This document shows, in pieces, positions 12,848 through 25,311 of a stretch of 64,000 nt of DNA. The DNA lies in NCBI RefSeq assembly GCF_018350175.1, contig NC_058368.1, forward strand, positions 207,702,001 to 207,766,000. Direction: 5' to 3'. The notes beneath the pieces are model-generated. The model searched no databases, was not told where the DNA came from, and worked only from the letters and a program-made list of their open reading frames with translations. A program made the position numbers and the translations under genes. Numbering within the stretch: the stretch's first letter is position 1; each line of letters begins with the position of its first letter. This DNA is from Felis catus (lineage: Eukaryota).

Positions 12848-13405
12848 CAGTTTTTCCAAACTTTTTGACTACCAGTTACCTCAAACTTTTATAATCCATT
12901 CCCCAGCCCCAACCTCATATTTCAGAAGCTTTTGTTTATTTTTAAAACTCATTGATTAAATAATGATTAATGCATTTTCCATATCGTAATATTGCAAAGG
13001 CCCATTGGAGCTTCTGAAGAGTGGCCCTACTGAATTGACATCATTTCAAATAACTGTAGCCTCAGGGGCACCTGGGTGGTAGCTCAGTTGGTTAAGCATC
13101 TGACTCTTGATTTTGGCTCAGGTCATGCATGGGATTGAGCCCTGCATCAGGCTTGAGCTGACAGCGAAAAGCCTACTTGGGATTCTGTTTCTCCCTCTGT
13201 CTCTGCCCCTCCCCCACTCACACTCTCTCTTTATCTCAAAATAATAAATACATAAACTTTAAAAGAAATAATTGTACCTCAGCCTTCATATAGGTGAAGT
13301 GGGATTTCCATTTGGTGTGTTGAGATTTGAAAATCGATCATAAACCTTTAGTACTCAATTTATAGATTTCTGGAGGTCTGAGACTCCCTACACTAGAAAC
13401 CAATG
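12848..13405. mobile_element. Possible old hAT-Charlie-type element in the FYB1 3' UTR, interrupted by a SINE
   Basis: Termini CAGTTTTTCCAAACTT...AGAAACCAATG resemble degenerate Charlie TIRs. Confidence 0.4.
13065..13265 (+). mobile_element. CAN-SINE in the probable FYB1 3' UTR
   Basis: TSD AAATAACTGTAGCCTCAG / AAATAATTGTACCTCAG. Confidence 0.93.
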
Positions 13406-14469
13406 ATGTCAAAGTCCCCTCCCAATTATGAAATACTTTGATGTCTACTTTTTGATGGAGTAAGCCAGTATATGCTCATATGATAAAATTATCTTAATAC
13501 TAAATTACATAGCTCAAAAGTGGTTTCGTTTTGTTAAATTTGGTAGTAAATATACATAATACACTGACCGTGTATTTCCAGTAATTTTTTTCTGATTGAG
13601 AATAACATAAATTCAATACAATGTCAGTTTTTAAAATTCCAGATTAAATCAAGAGAATATTTGAGTTTTGGGTTATACACCAAGAAACAGACACACACAT
13701 TGCTACAAAAGATTAATGTAATAGGTAATAACCTTAATATAAAAGATATTTGACATATTAATTTTAATATACCAAATATTATTTCTGTTATAGTTTTGTG
13801 TATAGAATTTTGTCACATGAGAAGAGCTACAAATAAAACCTTCCACGGATAACTTTGCCTCCTACTTCATCAAGAAATTGAGGTCATCAGCCTTTCTCTC
13901 CCATATTTTCATCCCACATCTGCAAGTCTTTCTCTAAGCCCAATCTTACCTTTTTGCTTTAACCTCAGAGGATGTTGTTCCTCCTGTTCAAGACTAAACC
14001 TCCCACCATTGCCCCTGATACTTTGCTTCCTATTTGGAATGAAATTGAAATAATCAAACACAATTCCCTTCAACTTCCAACAATGTCCAACCTTAATCAT
14101 ATTCAGACACTGTCCCAGGGAATAAGATGCCACTCCTCAAAGCTACAACTTGTGTCCAATTTCTTCCTCTTTCTCTGGAGTTTTCTTCCTTCACAATTCA
14201 TTCTCATTCTCCCCTGCCCCCCCCAAAAAAAACACACACACATATACACACACAAACTCCCCACCCATCTTTTGCCCTTTCCCTTCTTCCCTTCCTCTTC
14301 TTTAACTTCTCCCAATTTGCAGATTCCCTCCTCTAGGCTTACAAGCATACTGAAGTCTTTCCCATTCAAAAAAAAACAACAGACACCTTGCCTTGAATCT
14401 AAATATCTCTCTAACTACAGCCCATTTCTATCTTTCTTTTCTCATCCCATCGTCTTAAAATGGTAGGGA

Positions 14470-14850
14470 GCATTTGACAACCAGAAAGATGTGCTTCAAA
14501 GACCTGCAACTATGGGGAGCTTAATTCACCATAGATCCTGCCTTCTACACTCTGAAGCCCATCACCACACTTGTGCTGACACCAGGCTTCCCACAGACTG
14601 CTCCTAGCCGATGGCTGAGCATAGCAGTCCTGTTCCTAAAAGATACAGAAGACCTCAGGTAGTGGGGCTGTGGCTTAAAGACTCCCCAACAGCCTTGCTA
14701 AAACTTCCCTACCCTGCATAGTACTCTGAGACGCTTCCTCCTGACATTCTTCCCTCCCCTCTTCATTAAGGTCAGACTTGCATTGCTCTCCGATGGCTCC
14801 TCCAACCTTCCCTGCCTCCCTTCCCCTGTTTCCTCTCACACATACATTTT
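14470..14850 (+). mobile_element. LTR16-like ERVL LTR
   Basis: GACTCCCCAACAGCCTTGCTAAAACTT...CTGAGACGCTTCC...GTCAGACTTGCATTGC resembles LTR16A/B. Confidence 0.6.
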
Positions 14851-15227
14851 TCCATTTTTCTGCAACATCAGCCATTTATGATGCGAAATAAATCAGATGA
14901 AGCACAGGCCACACTATAGCTCTCCAACCTGCCAATAATAAGGAGCCTCTTTGTGGGAGTGAGTGATGGACAAACCTTATTTAGTGTCTAGGACAGCCAG
15001 ATTACATTTCTGTTAGAAGCACGGAATGCCATTGAGAGGTCTAACAGGAATATAATCATAAAAAAACTAATGCTGCTTGCATACTAACTTCTTAGCATCT
15101 GATATGTTGCAAATGTTGCAAATGCCATGGCCTGGAACAGAAATTTAAAGTCAAATTGTGGTTTGGGACATGCCCAACTGAGAATAATACTCAATAGCTG
15201 ATACAGACCATTAGTGGCCGGGTGCTT

Positions 15228-15460
15228 TTTTTTTTTTTTTTTTTTAATTTTTTTTTTCAACGTTTATTTATTTTTGGGACAGAGAGAGACAGAGCATGAA
15301 CGGGGGAGGGGCAGAGAGAGAGGGAGACACAGAATCGGAAACAGGCTCCAGGCTCTGAGCCGTCAGCCCAGAGCCCGACGCGGGGCTCGAACTCACAGAC
15401 CGCGAGATCGTGACCTGGCTGAAGTCGGACGCTTAACCGACTGCGCCACCCAGGCGCCCC
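15228..15460 (-). mobile_element. Young felid CAN-SINE
   Basis: Near-consensus; TSD GGCCGGGTGCTT at 15216-15227 and 15461-15472. Confidence 0.97.
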
Positions 15461-15737
15461 GGCCGGGTGCTTATTAACGAAGAACAAAGAAATACCTTCT
15501 ACGACCACCTTCTCATTTCAGTTCTTAGAAACAGATCTTTGAGATATTGTAGTGTTTTTCAAAACCTCTAATAAAGTTAATGAAGAATCTTATTCAGACA
15601 TGTAAACTATCTCTTCCCTTTCAAACTCATGATCTTACACTCACCATCAGATATGGCAGCTTGAGTCTCCATCATACTTCTAGGAGTAATATTGAGAGTA
15701 AAACTCTTTAAGTTAGGATGAAATTTTAGGTTTTGTT

Positions 15738-15968
15738 CTTTTTTTTTAATTTCTCTTAACATTTATTGATTTTTGGGAGAAAGAGAGAGAAAGAGAGACA
15801 GAGCGTGAGTGGGGGAGGAGCAGAGACCTAAGCACGCTCCAGGCTCTGAGCTGTCAGCATAGAGCCCAACGTGGGGCTTGAACTCGCTGACCGCGAGGTC
15901 ATGACCTGAGACTTTCATGACCTGAGCCAAAGTGGGATGCTCAATCAACCGAGTCACCCAGGCACCCC
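15738..15968 (-). mobile_element. CAN-SINE with internal duplication of TCATGACCTGAG
   Basis: SINE body; duplicated 12-mer at ~15899-15926. Confidence 0.92.
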
Positions 15969-16056
15969 TAAACTTAGGTTGTTGTTCTTTAGCTAACATG
16001 ATATGCTTGTCAGAGCTTCACCCTATATGGTAGCAGCTGTGTTAAGAAAAGCACTG

Positions 16057-16057
<1 letters not shown>

Positions 16058-16141
<84 letters not shown>
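16058..16141. repeat. (GAAA)21 microsatellite
   Basis: Perfect tetranucleotide run of 84 nt. Confidence 0.97.
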
Positions 16142-16142
<1 letters not shown>

Positions 16143-16432
16143 CACTGAAATGCTCTTGCCACCCACATTGCTTCAGGGGACCAGAGGTTTGTTTTTGTTG
16201 TTATCTTGTTTTGTTTTTTGGTTTCTGGTCTTTACTATGTGTAGATCTAAAAGAGTTGCACTAAGCTACAATGGTTACTAACCTCCGAGATCTAAATTAA
16301 TACACAGGATACAGGACTAGAAAACCAAAACCACAAAGTATTAAAGGTTTTTATGCATTTGTCTACAAGAGAAACAACAGAAAATTCTCTCCTATCCCTA
16401 ATATAGCTGTAGAAACAGACATACTCGGAAGG

Positions 16433-16870
16433 TGTCTTAGGCTGGGTTGTCCAGAAGCAGAGCTTCAGACTGGAATTCTTGTGTGAGGGATTTGTTGAGG
16501 GGGCTCTGCGGGAAAAAGAATCTGTAAGAATGAGGAAGCGGGACGGCGCAGGGGAAGGAGTTGCATAAAGACATGGGTCTCACTGCAGTCCGGGTTCAGC
16601 CTGGTTCCAAAAGAAAATGCCAGAGCAGAAATGGCTCCGTTGAGTCAGCCACCCTGAGACAAGGGAGCTGGGCTTGTATCTCCCCATCAGCAGTCGCTGG
16701 CTACCGCAGGCTTCTTCCCCCCAACCTCAATCTCCTACGTGACTGTGGGTAACACTGCCTCTTTGGGCTGAGAGAAATTCTCTCAAGTAAGGTGCAGCTG
16801 TGAGTTTCAGTAGTCAATTCTTACACAGTTGAGGGATGGGTGCGCCCACCGGGAAAAGTTACCAGGGATA
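16433..16870. mobile_element. MLT1J-like MaLR LTR
   Basis: TGTCTTAGGCTGGGTTGTCCAGAAGCAGAGC...GGGAGCTGGGCTTGTATCTCCCCATCAGCAGTC. Confidence 0.7.
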
Positions 16871-16895
16871 GATCAGAAGTAAATCTTCTGCAGAG

Positions 16896-17037
16896 GGTCG
16901 CCTGGGGTGTGGGGGCAGTTAATTGGGTAAATGTCCAACTCTTGGTTTCGGCTTAGGTCACGATCTCACAGTTGGTGAGTCCGAGCCCCCCATGGGGCTC
17001 TGTGCCATACCAGAGCCTGCTTGGGATTCTCTCTCTC

Positions 17038-17073
<36 letters not shown>

Positions 17074-17112
17074 CCTTCCCCCACTTTTGTGTGCACTCAC
17101 GCTTTCTCTCTC

Positions 17113-17155
<43 letters not shown>

Positions 17156-17170
17156 AATAAACTTTAAAGA
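16896..17170 (+). mobile_element. CAN-SINE containing (CT)n and (CA)n microsatellites
   Basis: SINE body; (CA)n at ~17118-17153. Confidence 0.9.
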
Positions 17171-17499
17171 AAATTCTGTAGAAATAGTGGGCTTTCTCAT
17201 CAAACAGGAGGAGACATAAAAGTGTATATATTATGGACCAAACACTAAAGCTGGCCTTTCTTACATCATTAAGGGGTAGTCCCAGCTTGTCAAGGTCCTG
17301 TGAGCATCCTGAATCATTTCAGTGGCAATGTCACCTAAGCCACCAGATTTTACACTGGGTAAGTATGTCGAGAGGCATCTGAAAGATGAATGTTCATTAT
17401 GAGTCTGTTTATCATTATTCTATGTATCTTACTCATTTATTCAAAAGGTAAAATCATTCGAACCAATTCCATATATGGGCTGCATTGTCACTGTCATCC

Positions 17500-17650
17500 T
17501 CACCATCTATTAGCATTTTTTGTGTGCTTACTATATGCTAGACACTTCGCCGAGTGTTCTGAGCCTTGTCCTATTTAAACCTTATGTCAACCCTATCAAG
17601 TCAGGCTCAGAACAATGTAGATGTGATATGTGCTTTGCCCAAGTTTCAAG
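17500..17650 (-). mobile_element. MIR fragment
   Basis: GTGCTTACTATATGCTAGACAC...AACCCTAT...AGGCTCAGA...TTGCCCAAG. Confidence 0.6.
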
Positions 17651-17741
17651 ATCTTATTATTGTGATATCCTGCTTTCCGTATGTATGATACACACTTCTC
17701 CCGATTCCTGAATAATAATAATGAAAAGCATGAAAATTGTT

Positions 17742-17973
17742 TTCTTTTTTAATTTTTAATGTTTATTTTTGAGAAAGAGAGAGAGACAGAGAGACAGAGA
17801 GACAGAGCTCAGGCAGGGGACGGGCAGAGAGAGAAGGAGACATAGGATCCAAAGCATGCTCTAGGCTCTGAGCTGTCAACACAGAGCCGGACCGGGGGCT
17901 CAAAGTCACAAACTGCGAGATCATGACCTGAGCCAAAGTCAGACGCTTAACTGACTGAGCCACCCGGGTGCCT
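17742..17973 (-). mobile_element. CAN-SINE
   Basis: TSD GAAAA(G/T)CATGAAAATTGTT. Confidence 0.94.
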
Positions 17974-18497
17974 CAGAAAATCATGAAAATTGTTAGTGAG
18001 AATCAAAGAAGCCAGAAATTAGGAAAATAGCTGGTTCTTTTTCATTTTGATGCAGGTGGCAAACAGAAATGTTCGTGTCAAATAAGGTACAGAACCGAGT
18101 TTCAAGAGAGAGACTCATAAGTCTAAAATACATATTTAGTTAATGTTGAATTTAGAGAACATGAGCTATAAAATCTATAATGACTTCAGAAAAAAAATGG
18201 TAACAACTTGGTATGATTGACCCTTTAAAAACTAAAATACCAGGATTTACATATTCCAAGTAGAATTGTTCCTTCAAACTAGTCAATTATAGTGCTCTAC
18301 ACTTATTTCAGTGGTTTGCATAAGATTTATTATTCTGCCAGAAAGGGAGGAATGTCACTTTCAAATTTGCCTTTGCAACTTATGAAAAATTTATTTATAA
18401 TACCTTTTCTATCAAAAGATAGCAAATGTTTAGCCTTTGAAAACAGATTCAATTTTTACCAAGAGGCTAAAACCTCATCTGGTGTATAAGGCAAGTG

Positions 18498-18718
18498 AGG
18501 GGAGCCCAGGTGGCTCAGTCGATTGAGTGACCAACTTCAGCTCAGGTCATGATCTCGTGGTTCACGAGTTCAAGCCCCATGTCAGGCTCTGTGTGCTACA
18601 GCTCAGAGCCTGGAGCCCGATTCTGAATCTGTGTCTCCCTCTCTCTCTGCCCCTCTCCTGCTCACACTCTCTCTCTCTCTCTCTTTCTCAAAAATAAATA
18701 AAATATTTAAAAAAATTA
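18498..18718 (+). mobile_element. CAN-SINE
   Basis: Head, CT tract and A tail. Confidence 0.93.
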
Positions 18719-19108
18719 AGATGGGTGAACAAACAGGCAATATTCTTATGAAATTAAGCTATGACCATAAGTTAATGACAGTTTCTTGTCCATCATAAAT
18801 GCCCCTTAACCTTTCTTACCATCTAAAGATAGATTTTTTTTTTGCTGAATACTTAATTTTTCAGTTTATAATAATAGTATAACGGGTTTGAATTTCTCTC
18901 AGTCACCTTTCAAACACTGTTTTCTCATTAAATGAAATACTATGAGTACATTAAAAGATCCATGGGTACTTCATCCCAATTACATTTTACTCCTTCCTTC
19001 CCTCCTTCTCAGAGAAAACCAGTACCTGATTTTGGTGTTTCCCATTCCCTTGCATTTCTTTATACTTTCCTTACGTATGTATGTATCCTTTAAAATGTTT
19101 GAAGTATT

Positions 19109-19230
19109 GGGGCGCCTGGATGTCTCGGTTGAGCATTCGACTCTTGATTTCAGCTCAGGTCGTGATTCCAGACTTGTGGGATCTAGCCCTGTGTCGGGCT
19201 CTGCACTGAACCTAAAGTCTGCTTAGCATC

Positions 19231-19285
<55 letters not shown>

Positions 19286-19350
19286 CCCCTGCCCCCGCCC
19301 CTCTCCCTGCCTCACTCTGTCTCTAAAATAAAAATAAATAAATAAAAATT
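19109..19350 (+). mobile_element. Older CAN-SINE with long (CT)n
   Basis: TSD ATGTTT(G/C)AAGTATT. Confidence 0.92.
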
Positions 19351-19639
19351 AGATGTTTCAAGTATTTTTTTATATCTTAATTTGGTATGACTAAGTATCA
19401 TACTGTATGCATTTTTCTGCAACCTGCTTTTGTTACTTCTCATTATGTTGGGAAAGGAATAACATTCTATTAAGTGAAAAAAACCACAGATATTTCTGTC
19501 TTTCTACTAAAGTCACGCTAGATTGTATCCAACTCTTGCTATCATAAACAATGTTACTATGGACATTCCTGTTGGAGTTTCTCCAGGTGTGTGAGGGTTT
19601 CTCTATGGCATACATCCAGGATAGAAAATGCTAGAGTGG

Positions 19640-19866
19640 GGGTGCCTGGGTGGCGCAGTCGGTTAAGTGTCCGACTTCAGCCAGGTCACGATCTCGCAGT
19701 CCGGGAGTTCGAGCCCCGCGTCAGGCTCTGGGCTGATGGCTCAGAGCCTGGAGCCTGTTTCCGATTCTGTGTCTCCCTCTCTCTCTGCCCCTCCCCCGTT
19801 CATGCTCTGTCTCTCTCTGTCCCAAAAATAAATAAACATTGAAAAAAAAATGAAAAAAAAAAAAAA
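19640..19866 (+). mobile_element. Young felid CAN-SINE
   Basis: TSD AGAAAATGCTAGAGTGG. Confidence 0.97.
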
Positions 19867-20785
19867 AGAAAATGCTAGAGTGGAATATACACATCCCCCA
19901 CTTGAATAGAGATTGCCCAATGCTTTTTGTGTTTTTTTAAGAAACTCTTAACTTTACCAGCTCATGGAGATATTCTATATTTTCTTCTAAAAGTTTTACA
20001 GTTTTGCTTTCCACCTTAAATTATTTGAACCCATCTGGAAATATCAATCATTTTTCTCCCCAGAGAAGCAGTTTCTCCAAACCATTTACTGACTGTGCTA
20101 ACCCTCTCCACTAATATGCAAGACCGACTCCGTATCGTATGCCAAGGTTCCATCCGTGCCTGGATCTGCTGTGAGACACATTCCTAGAACCACACTACTG
20201 TGTTTATTTCCACTACATTCATGCTGAGCATTGCTTGCTATTTGGCCAGGTAATTTCAAGTCTTTGAGCACTTTTTACAGGAAGTTTAAAGAATTTAATA
20301 GCATCGATATAATACTAAAAGGGAATTCAGGATAATTTTTAAGGTCCCACAATTATGGCAGTAATGTTTAAATTAATTACTATAAGAAGAAGTTAGTAAA
20401 AGTAAAAACGTAAATTAGTTCAGAAAAGGTCACGCAGAATACTAGACATGATTGTGAAAATGTAAAGTAGCAAAATATTCTTCCCCCCCAAAAAAAATAA
20501 ATAAATCATTTATCTGATTCCTTGTTGACCAAGTACCTTCTGATTACCAACTCAGTTTCCTAAGTATATCTGTGAAAAGGGTACTACAGTAGAACGGAAA
20601 CAGATGCTTTGGTCACTGAAAAAAATATTCCACTTACAAACTACTTTCTTAAAAAATTCTTATATCATAGTGGGACCTTCAGGAAAATTCTAAAATAGGA
20701 TATGAAAACCACTGGCACCAACCATATAATGATTTTTCCTTCTTTTGAAAACATGGAATCTTATAGATTATGAACTTTGTTAGTT

Positions 20786-20973
20786 TGTTTTAAGTTTATT
20801 TCTTTCCTTTGAGAGTGCAAGCAGGGGAAGGGCAGAGAGAGAGGGAGAGAGAGAGAATCCCAAGCAGCCTCTGCATAGTCAGCACACAGTCTGATGCTGG
20901 GCTGGAACTCGAACCGTGAGATCATGACCGGAGCCAAAAGGACACTCAACGGACTGAGCCACCCAGGTGCCCC
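20786..20973 (-). mobile_element. CAN-SINE
   Basis: Ends ...GACTGAGCCACCCAGGTGCCCC. Confidence 0.92.
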
Positions 20974-21249
20974 ATGACCTTTTTTTTTTTTTTTAATTTG
21001 GCTGAGCCATGATCCCTGGGCTTCTCTCTTAATTGACAGATGTATCTCTACACTGAAGGTGCATAAAAACACAAGCAAACCACTTTTTTGAAACTCTTTT
21101 CTAGGGAATCCTGATTACTTCCTTTTCTGTGCTAGCTCCTTCCAATAATTATCTCTTTGTAAGAAAATCAAGCTTGGATAGTTTTCATCAGAAGAGTCTG
21201 CCTAAACTAACAATAATTAAGGAAGTGTGTTGGAATCTCTCACTATGAT

Positions 21250-23030
21250 GGCCAGCTAGTTGATTTCTCTATTTCTATCACTTATTGAGACTATTTTATT
21301 AAATACATATGAATTTGTAATTTTAAATCTTCTTTATAGTTAAGCCTCTTCTCATTATGTTGGAAAATTTTCAATTACTAGTTATGTTTTTTGACTTAGT
21401 CTATTTTCTCTGATATTAATACAGCTACCCAACTGTCTTTCATCTTGTATACAATTTTCATCTCTTAATTTTTAACTTTTTTTAATTTTAGTGTACCTCT
21501 AGTCAACACCACATAGTCGGATTTTTAAAATTAATCTAACAAAAAAGAAAATTAAGAGTTTCTGCCTTTTAACTGAGAAATTCACAATTAAGTATTCCAT
21601 CCATGTACACATATTTAGAACTGTTTCCTATCTTTTTTAAAAAAAATTGTGTAATGTTTTTATTTACTTTCTAGAGAGAGAGAAACAGACTGAGCGCCGG
21701 CAGGGGTGGGGGTGGGGCAGAGAGAGAGGGAGACACAGAATCCAAAGCAGGCTTCAGGTTCTGAGCTGTCTGCACAGAGCGGATGCGGCGCCCCGAACTC
21801 AGGAACCTCACGAACCTCCCGAACCTCGCGAATCTCCGGAACTGTGAGATCATGACCTGAGCTGAGGTTTGATGCTTCACCAACTGAGCCACCCAGGCGC
21901 CCCAGAACTGTTTCCTATCTTACACAGTCCTATTTGTTAGATTTCTTGCTATATGTCTTTGTTCTCCTTTTTGTCGTTTTTGGAGACTGATTTATTTCTT
22001 CTGTTTTGATTTTTTTTTGTTCGTTCTCCCCACCCCACTTCGCTCATGTGCAAATTCTATACTATATGTCCTACTAATGTTCTCCTAGTGGTTATCCTTA
22101 TATTTTTTCCTGCGTAGTTCACAAAGTCTAGTGTTGATCAATTACTTAACCCCTCCCTCAAACAATCTGAGAGCTTTAGAATTGTTCAACTAAGGTCACC
22201 CACTCCTAAACAGCAAGCTATTTTCTTTCTTTCCCTTTTAATCCCCAATATTAAAATACTATTATTAAATGCAGTCTGTGTTTGCTTAAATTTGTCTACA
22301 TGATTTACCAATTTCTTACTCATCACTGTTTCTTGTATCTTGGGCTATCTTTCCGGGCTCAGTTTCTTGTTCTTGAAATGCATATAATGAAAGCTTCAAT
22401 AGTCACGTCTGTTGGAAATAAACACTGCCATTTTTTGGTTATCTAAAAATGTCTTTATTTTTCCATATTTAAAGATAGATTTTTTTTTAGGTACAGAAAT
22501 TTTGATTTTTATATTTGTTTATCACTTTGAGATAATTTTTCTGTGTTCTGGCATCTATTATATCTATTGAGGAGACTCCAATTATTCTAATTGTAGTTCA
22601 TGTAGATTGTCTTTCTTCTGCAACTGCTTTTAAGATCTCTTCGTCTTTGTCTTCACTATTTAGTGTCTGGGAGTGGATTTCATTTTATTTATCCTAATTT
22701 ACCTATATTCTCTCTCCCATATTTGCTAATTTTGTCTTTCATAAATCCTAGAAAATGTAAGCCATAATCTCTTTAAATAAATATCTTTTTATTCTCTCAA
22801 TTATTTCCTTCTGGTAATCCTATTCAAACATGTTAGATCTTATTCTACACTCCATATATTTTCTACCCCTTGGAATAGTGGTCTTTGTTATTTTCATTTT
22901 TTTATTGAGGTATAAATTATGTACAGGTAGATTTGACTCTTTAAACACAGTGTTGCAGAACCACTACTATAAAAAAATAGAACCATTCCATCACTTCTAA
23001 AAATTTCCCTGTGCCATGCTGTCCTCAATC
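21250..23030 (-). mobile_element. Old L1M (ME/MC/MB-type) fragments
   Basis: T-rich minus-strand L1 text (TCTGATATTAATACAGCTACCC; TCTAAAAATGTCTTTATTTT; TTATTGAGGTATAA). Confidence 0.6.
21635..21903 (-). mobile_element. CAN-SINE with tandem expansion at the B box
   Basis: TSD AGAACTGTTTCCTATCTT at 21617-21634 and 21904-21921. Confidence 0.94.
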
Positions 23031-24013
23031 AATAGCAAAGGCAACAAAAGCAAAATAAACAATTAGGACTACATCAAAATCAAAAGCTTATGCACAGCAA
23101 AGGAAACCATCAACAAAACGAAAAGGCAACCTATGAAATGCGAGAAAAAATTTAGAAACGACATAAATTCTAAAAACATTTAGAAACTTCCAATAAGAAG
23201 TTAATATCGAAAATGTACAAGGAGCTCATACTAGTTACTAGCAAAAAAAACAAACAACAACAACAAAAACCAAACAATAAAAAATAAATAACCCAATTTA
23301 AAAATGAGCAAATGACCTAAATAGACCTTTTTCCTAAGAAGACATATAAATGGCCAACAAGTACATGAGAAGATGTTCAATATCACTAATCACTGGGAAA
23401 ATGCAAATGAAAACCACAATGAGATATCACCTCACACCTGTTACAATGTTTATTATCAGAAGAACAAGAGATAACAAATACTGGCTAGAATAGGAAGAAA
23501 AAAAGGAAGTTTGCATATAGCTGATGCGAATGTAAACTGGTACAGCCAATATGGGAAACAACATGGAAGTTCCTCAAGAAATTAAAAACAAAACTACCAT
23601 ATGATCCAGCAATTCCACTCCTGGGAATATAGCCAAAGGAAACAAATCATTATCTTAGAGAGATAACCTGCACTCTCATGTTCATTGCAGCATTATTCAC
23701 AATAGCCAAGACACAAAAACAATTTCAGTGTCCATCAGTGGATGAACGGATATATTTACTGGAATATTATTCGGCCTTTAAAAAGAAGAAAATCCTGCCA
23801 TTTGCAACAATGTGGACAAAATTGGAGGGCATGATAAGTGAAATAAGCCAGACGGGGAAAGACAAATACTGCATGATCCCACCTATACGTGGCATCTGAA
23901 AACCAAGCCCATAGAAACAGAGAATAGTTTGCTGGTTGACAGGAACTGGAGGGTGAGGGAAATAGAGGCCGATAAAAGGCTACAAACTTCCACCTACAAG
24001 AGGACTAAAGTCT

Positions 24014-24381
24014 GGGGTGCCCGGATGGCTCAGTCAGTGGAGGATGCACCTCTTTTTTTTTTTTTTTTCAATTTTTAAAAATTTATTTTGAGAGAGACAG
24101 AGAGACAAAGAGATAGTGAGAGTGGGGCAAGGGCAGAAAGAGAGGGAGAGAGAATCCCAAGCAGGCTGTACCCTGCCAGGGCAGAGCCTGACTCGAGGCT
24201 CAATCCCATGAAACTGTGAGATCACGACCTGAGCCGAAACCAAGAGTTGGACGCTTAATGGACTGAGCCACCCAGGTGCCCCTGAGTATGCAACTCCTGA
24301 TCTTGGGGTTGTGAGTTTGAGCCCCATGTTGGGTGTAGAGATTACTCAAAATAAATGAATTAAATTTAGAAAAAAAAAAAA
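24014..24381 (+). mobile_element. Short CAN-SINE inside the L1 3' UTR, itself split by another SINE
   Basis: Head at 24014-24053 resumes at ~24284 and continues to GTGTAGAGATTACTC + A tail. Confidence 0.88.
24054..24282 (-). mobile_element. CAN-SINE nested in the short SINE
   Basis: Degenerate TSD GAGGATGCACCTCTT / GAGTATGCAACTCCT. Confidence 0.92.
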
Positions 24382-25098
24382 GGAATAAGGTCTAAGAATC
24401 TAGTGTATAATATGATGACTATAGATGATAATATTGTATTGTGTAATTGAAATTCACTAAGACAATAGAACTTAAGTGTTCTCAACAGCAATAACAACAA
24501 CTATAATGGCAAATATGTGAGATAAGGGATGTGTTAGTCAATTCGATGATAGAAATCCTTTCATTTGTCAATTATACCTCAATTAAAAAAAAACATTTTT
24601 CAGTCTGTACTTTGTCTTTTTATTCTCTTAAAGCTGTCTTAACAAGAACAAAGTTCTTCTGTTGATAAAATCCAATCTATCCATTTTTTTTTCATATTGA
24701 CCATGCTTCTGGTGTCATATCTAAGAAATCTTTGCCTCACCCAAGATCAGAAAGGTTTTCTTCTGTTTTCTTCTAGAACTGTTGTAGTTTTAGGTTTTAT
24801 ATTAAGTTCTACAATCCATTTTGAGTTAATTTTTATATAGGGTATAAAGTGTAGATCAAGGTTCATTATTTTGTATGTGACTATACAAGTGATCCAATAC
24901 CATTTATTGAAAGGCTATTTTTTCTACATTGAATTGCCTTTGCACCTTTGTCAAAAATTGAAGACATGGATATAGATAGACACAGAAAGAGAGATAGAGA
25001 TGATGTAGATAGACAGATCTGAGCTCTTTATTTCTGTTCAATTAATTTATCTCTAAAATTACCCTGCCTTCATTGTAGCTTTATAGTAAATCTTAAAA

Positions 25099-25311
25099 TT
25101 TTTTTTTTCAACGTTTATTTATTTTTGGGACAGAGAGAGACAGAGCATGAACGGGGGAGGGGCAGAGAGAGAGGGAGACACAGAATCGGAAATAGGCTCC
25201 AGGCTCCGAGCCATCAGCCCAGAGCCCGACGCGGGGCTCGAACTCACCGACCGCGAGATCGTGACCTGGCTGAAGTCCGACGCTCAACCGACTGCGCCAC
25301 CCAGGCGCCCC
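25099..25311 (-). mobile_element. Young felid CAN-SINE
   Basis: TSD TAAATCTTAAAA. Confidence 0.96.

Larger units (their letters stand above)
11666..13860 (+). other. FYB1: FYB1 3' UTR (end approximate)
   Basis: AT-rich sequence after the stop. Candidate poly(A) signals: AATAAA 12015-12020, ATTAAA 12276-12281, AATAAA 13832-13837. The distal end is inferred. Confidence 0.6.
18960..20230 (-). mobile_element. Old L1M fragments interrupted by two SINEs
   Basis: L1 3' UTR/ORF2-like minus-strand text, e.g. TATTCTATATTTTCTTCTAAAAGTTTTACAGTTTTGCTT. Confidence 0.6.
23035..24593 (+). mobile_element. 5'-truncated L1 (L1MA9-like): ORF2 C-terminus, 3' UTR and A tail
   Basis: ORF 23678-23899 MFIAALFTIAK...CPSVDE...ILPFATMW..LEG..SEISQ..KDKYCM is the L1 ORF2p C-terminus; ends GTCAATTATACCTCAATTAAAAAAAAA. 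Confidence 0.9.

Noticed and set aside
13972..14466. 164-aa ORF downstream of FYB1
   Set aside because: Pyrimidine-rich, probably L2-derived sequence with no splice or domain support.
20230..20715. Possible hAT element ending GAAAACCACTG
   Set aside because: Only one plausible terminus; too degraded to call without a database search.
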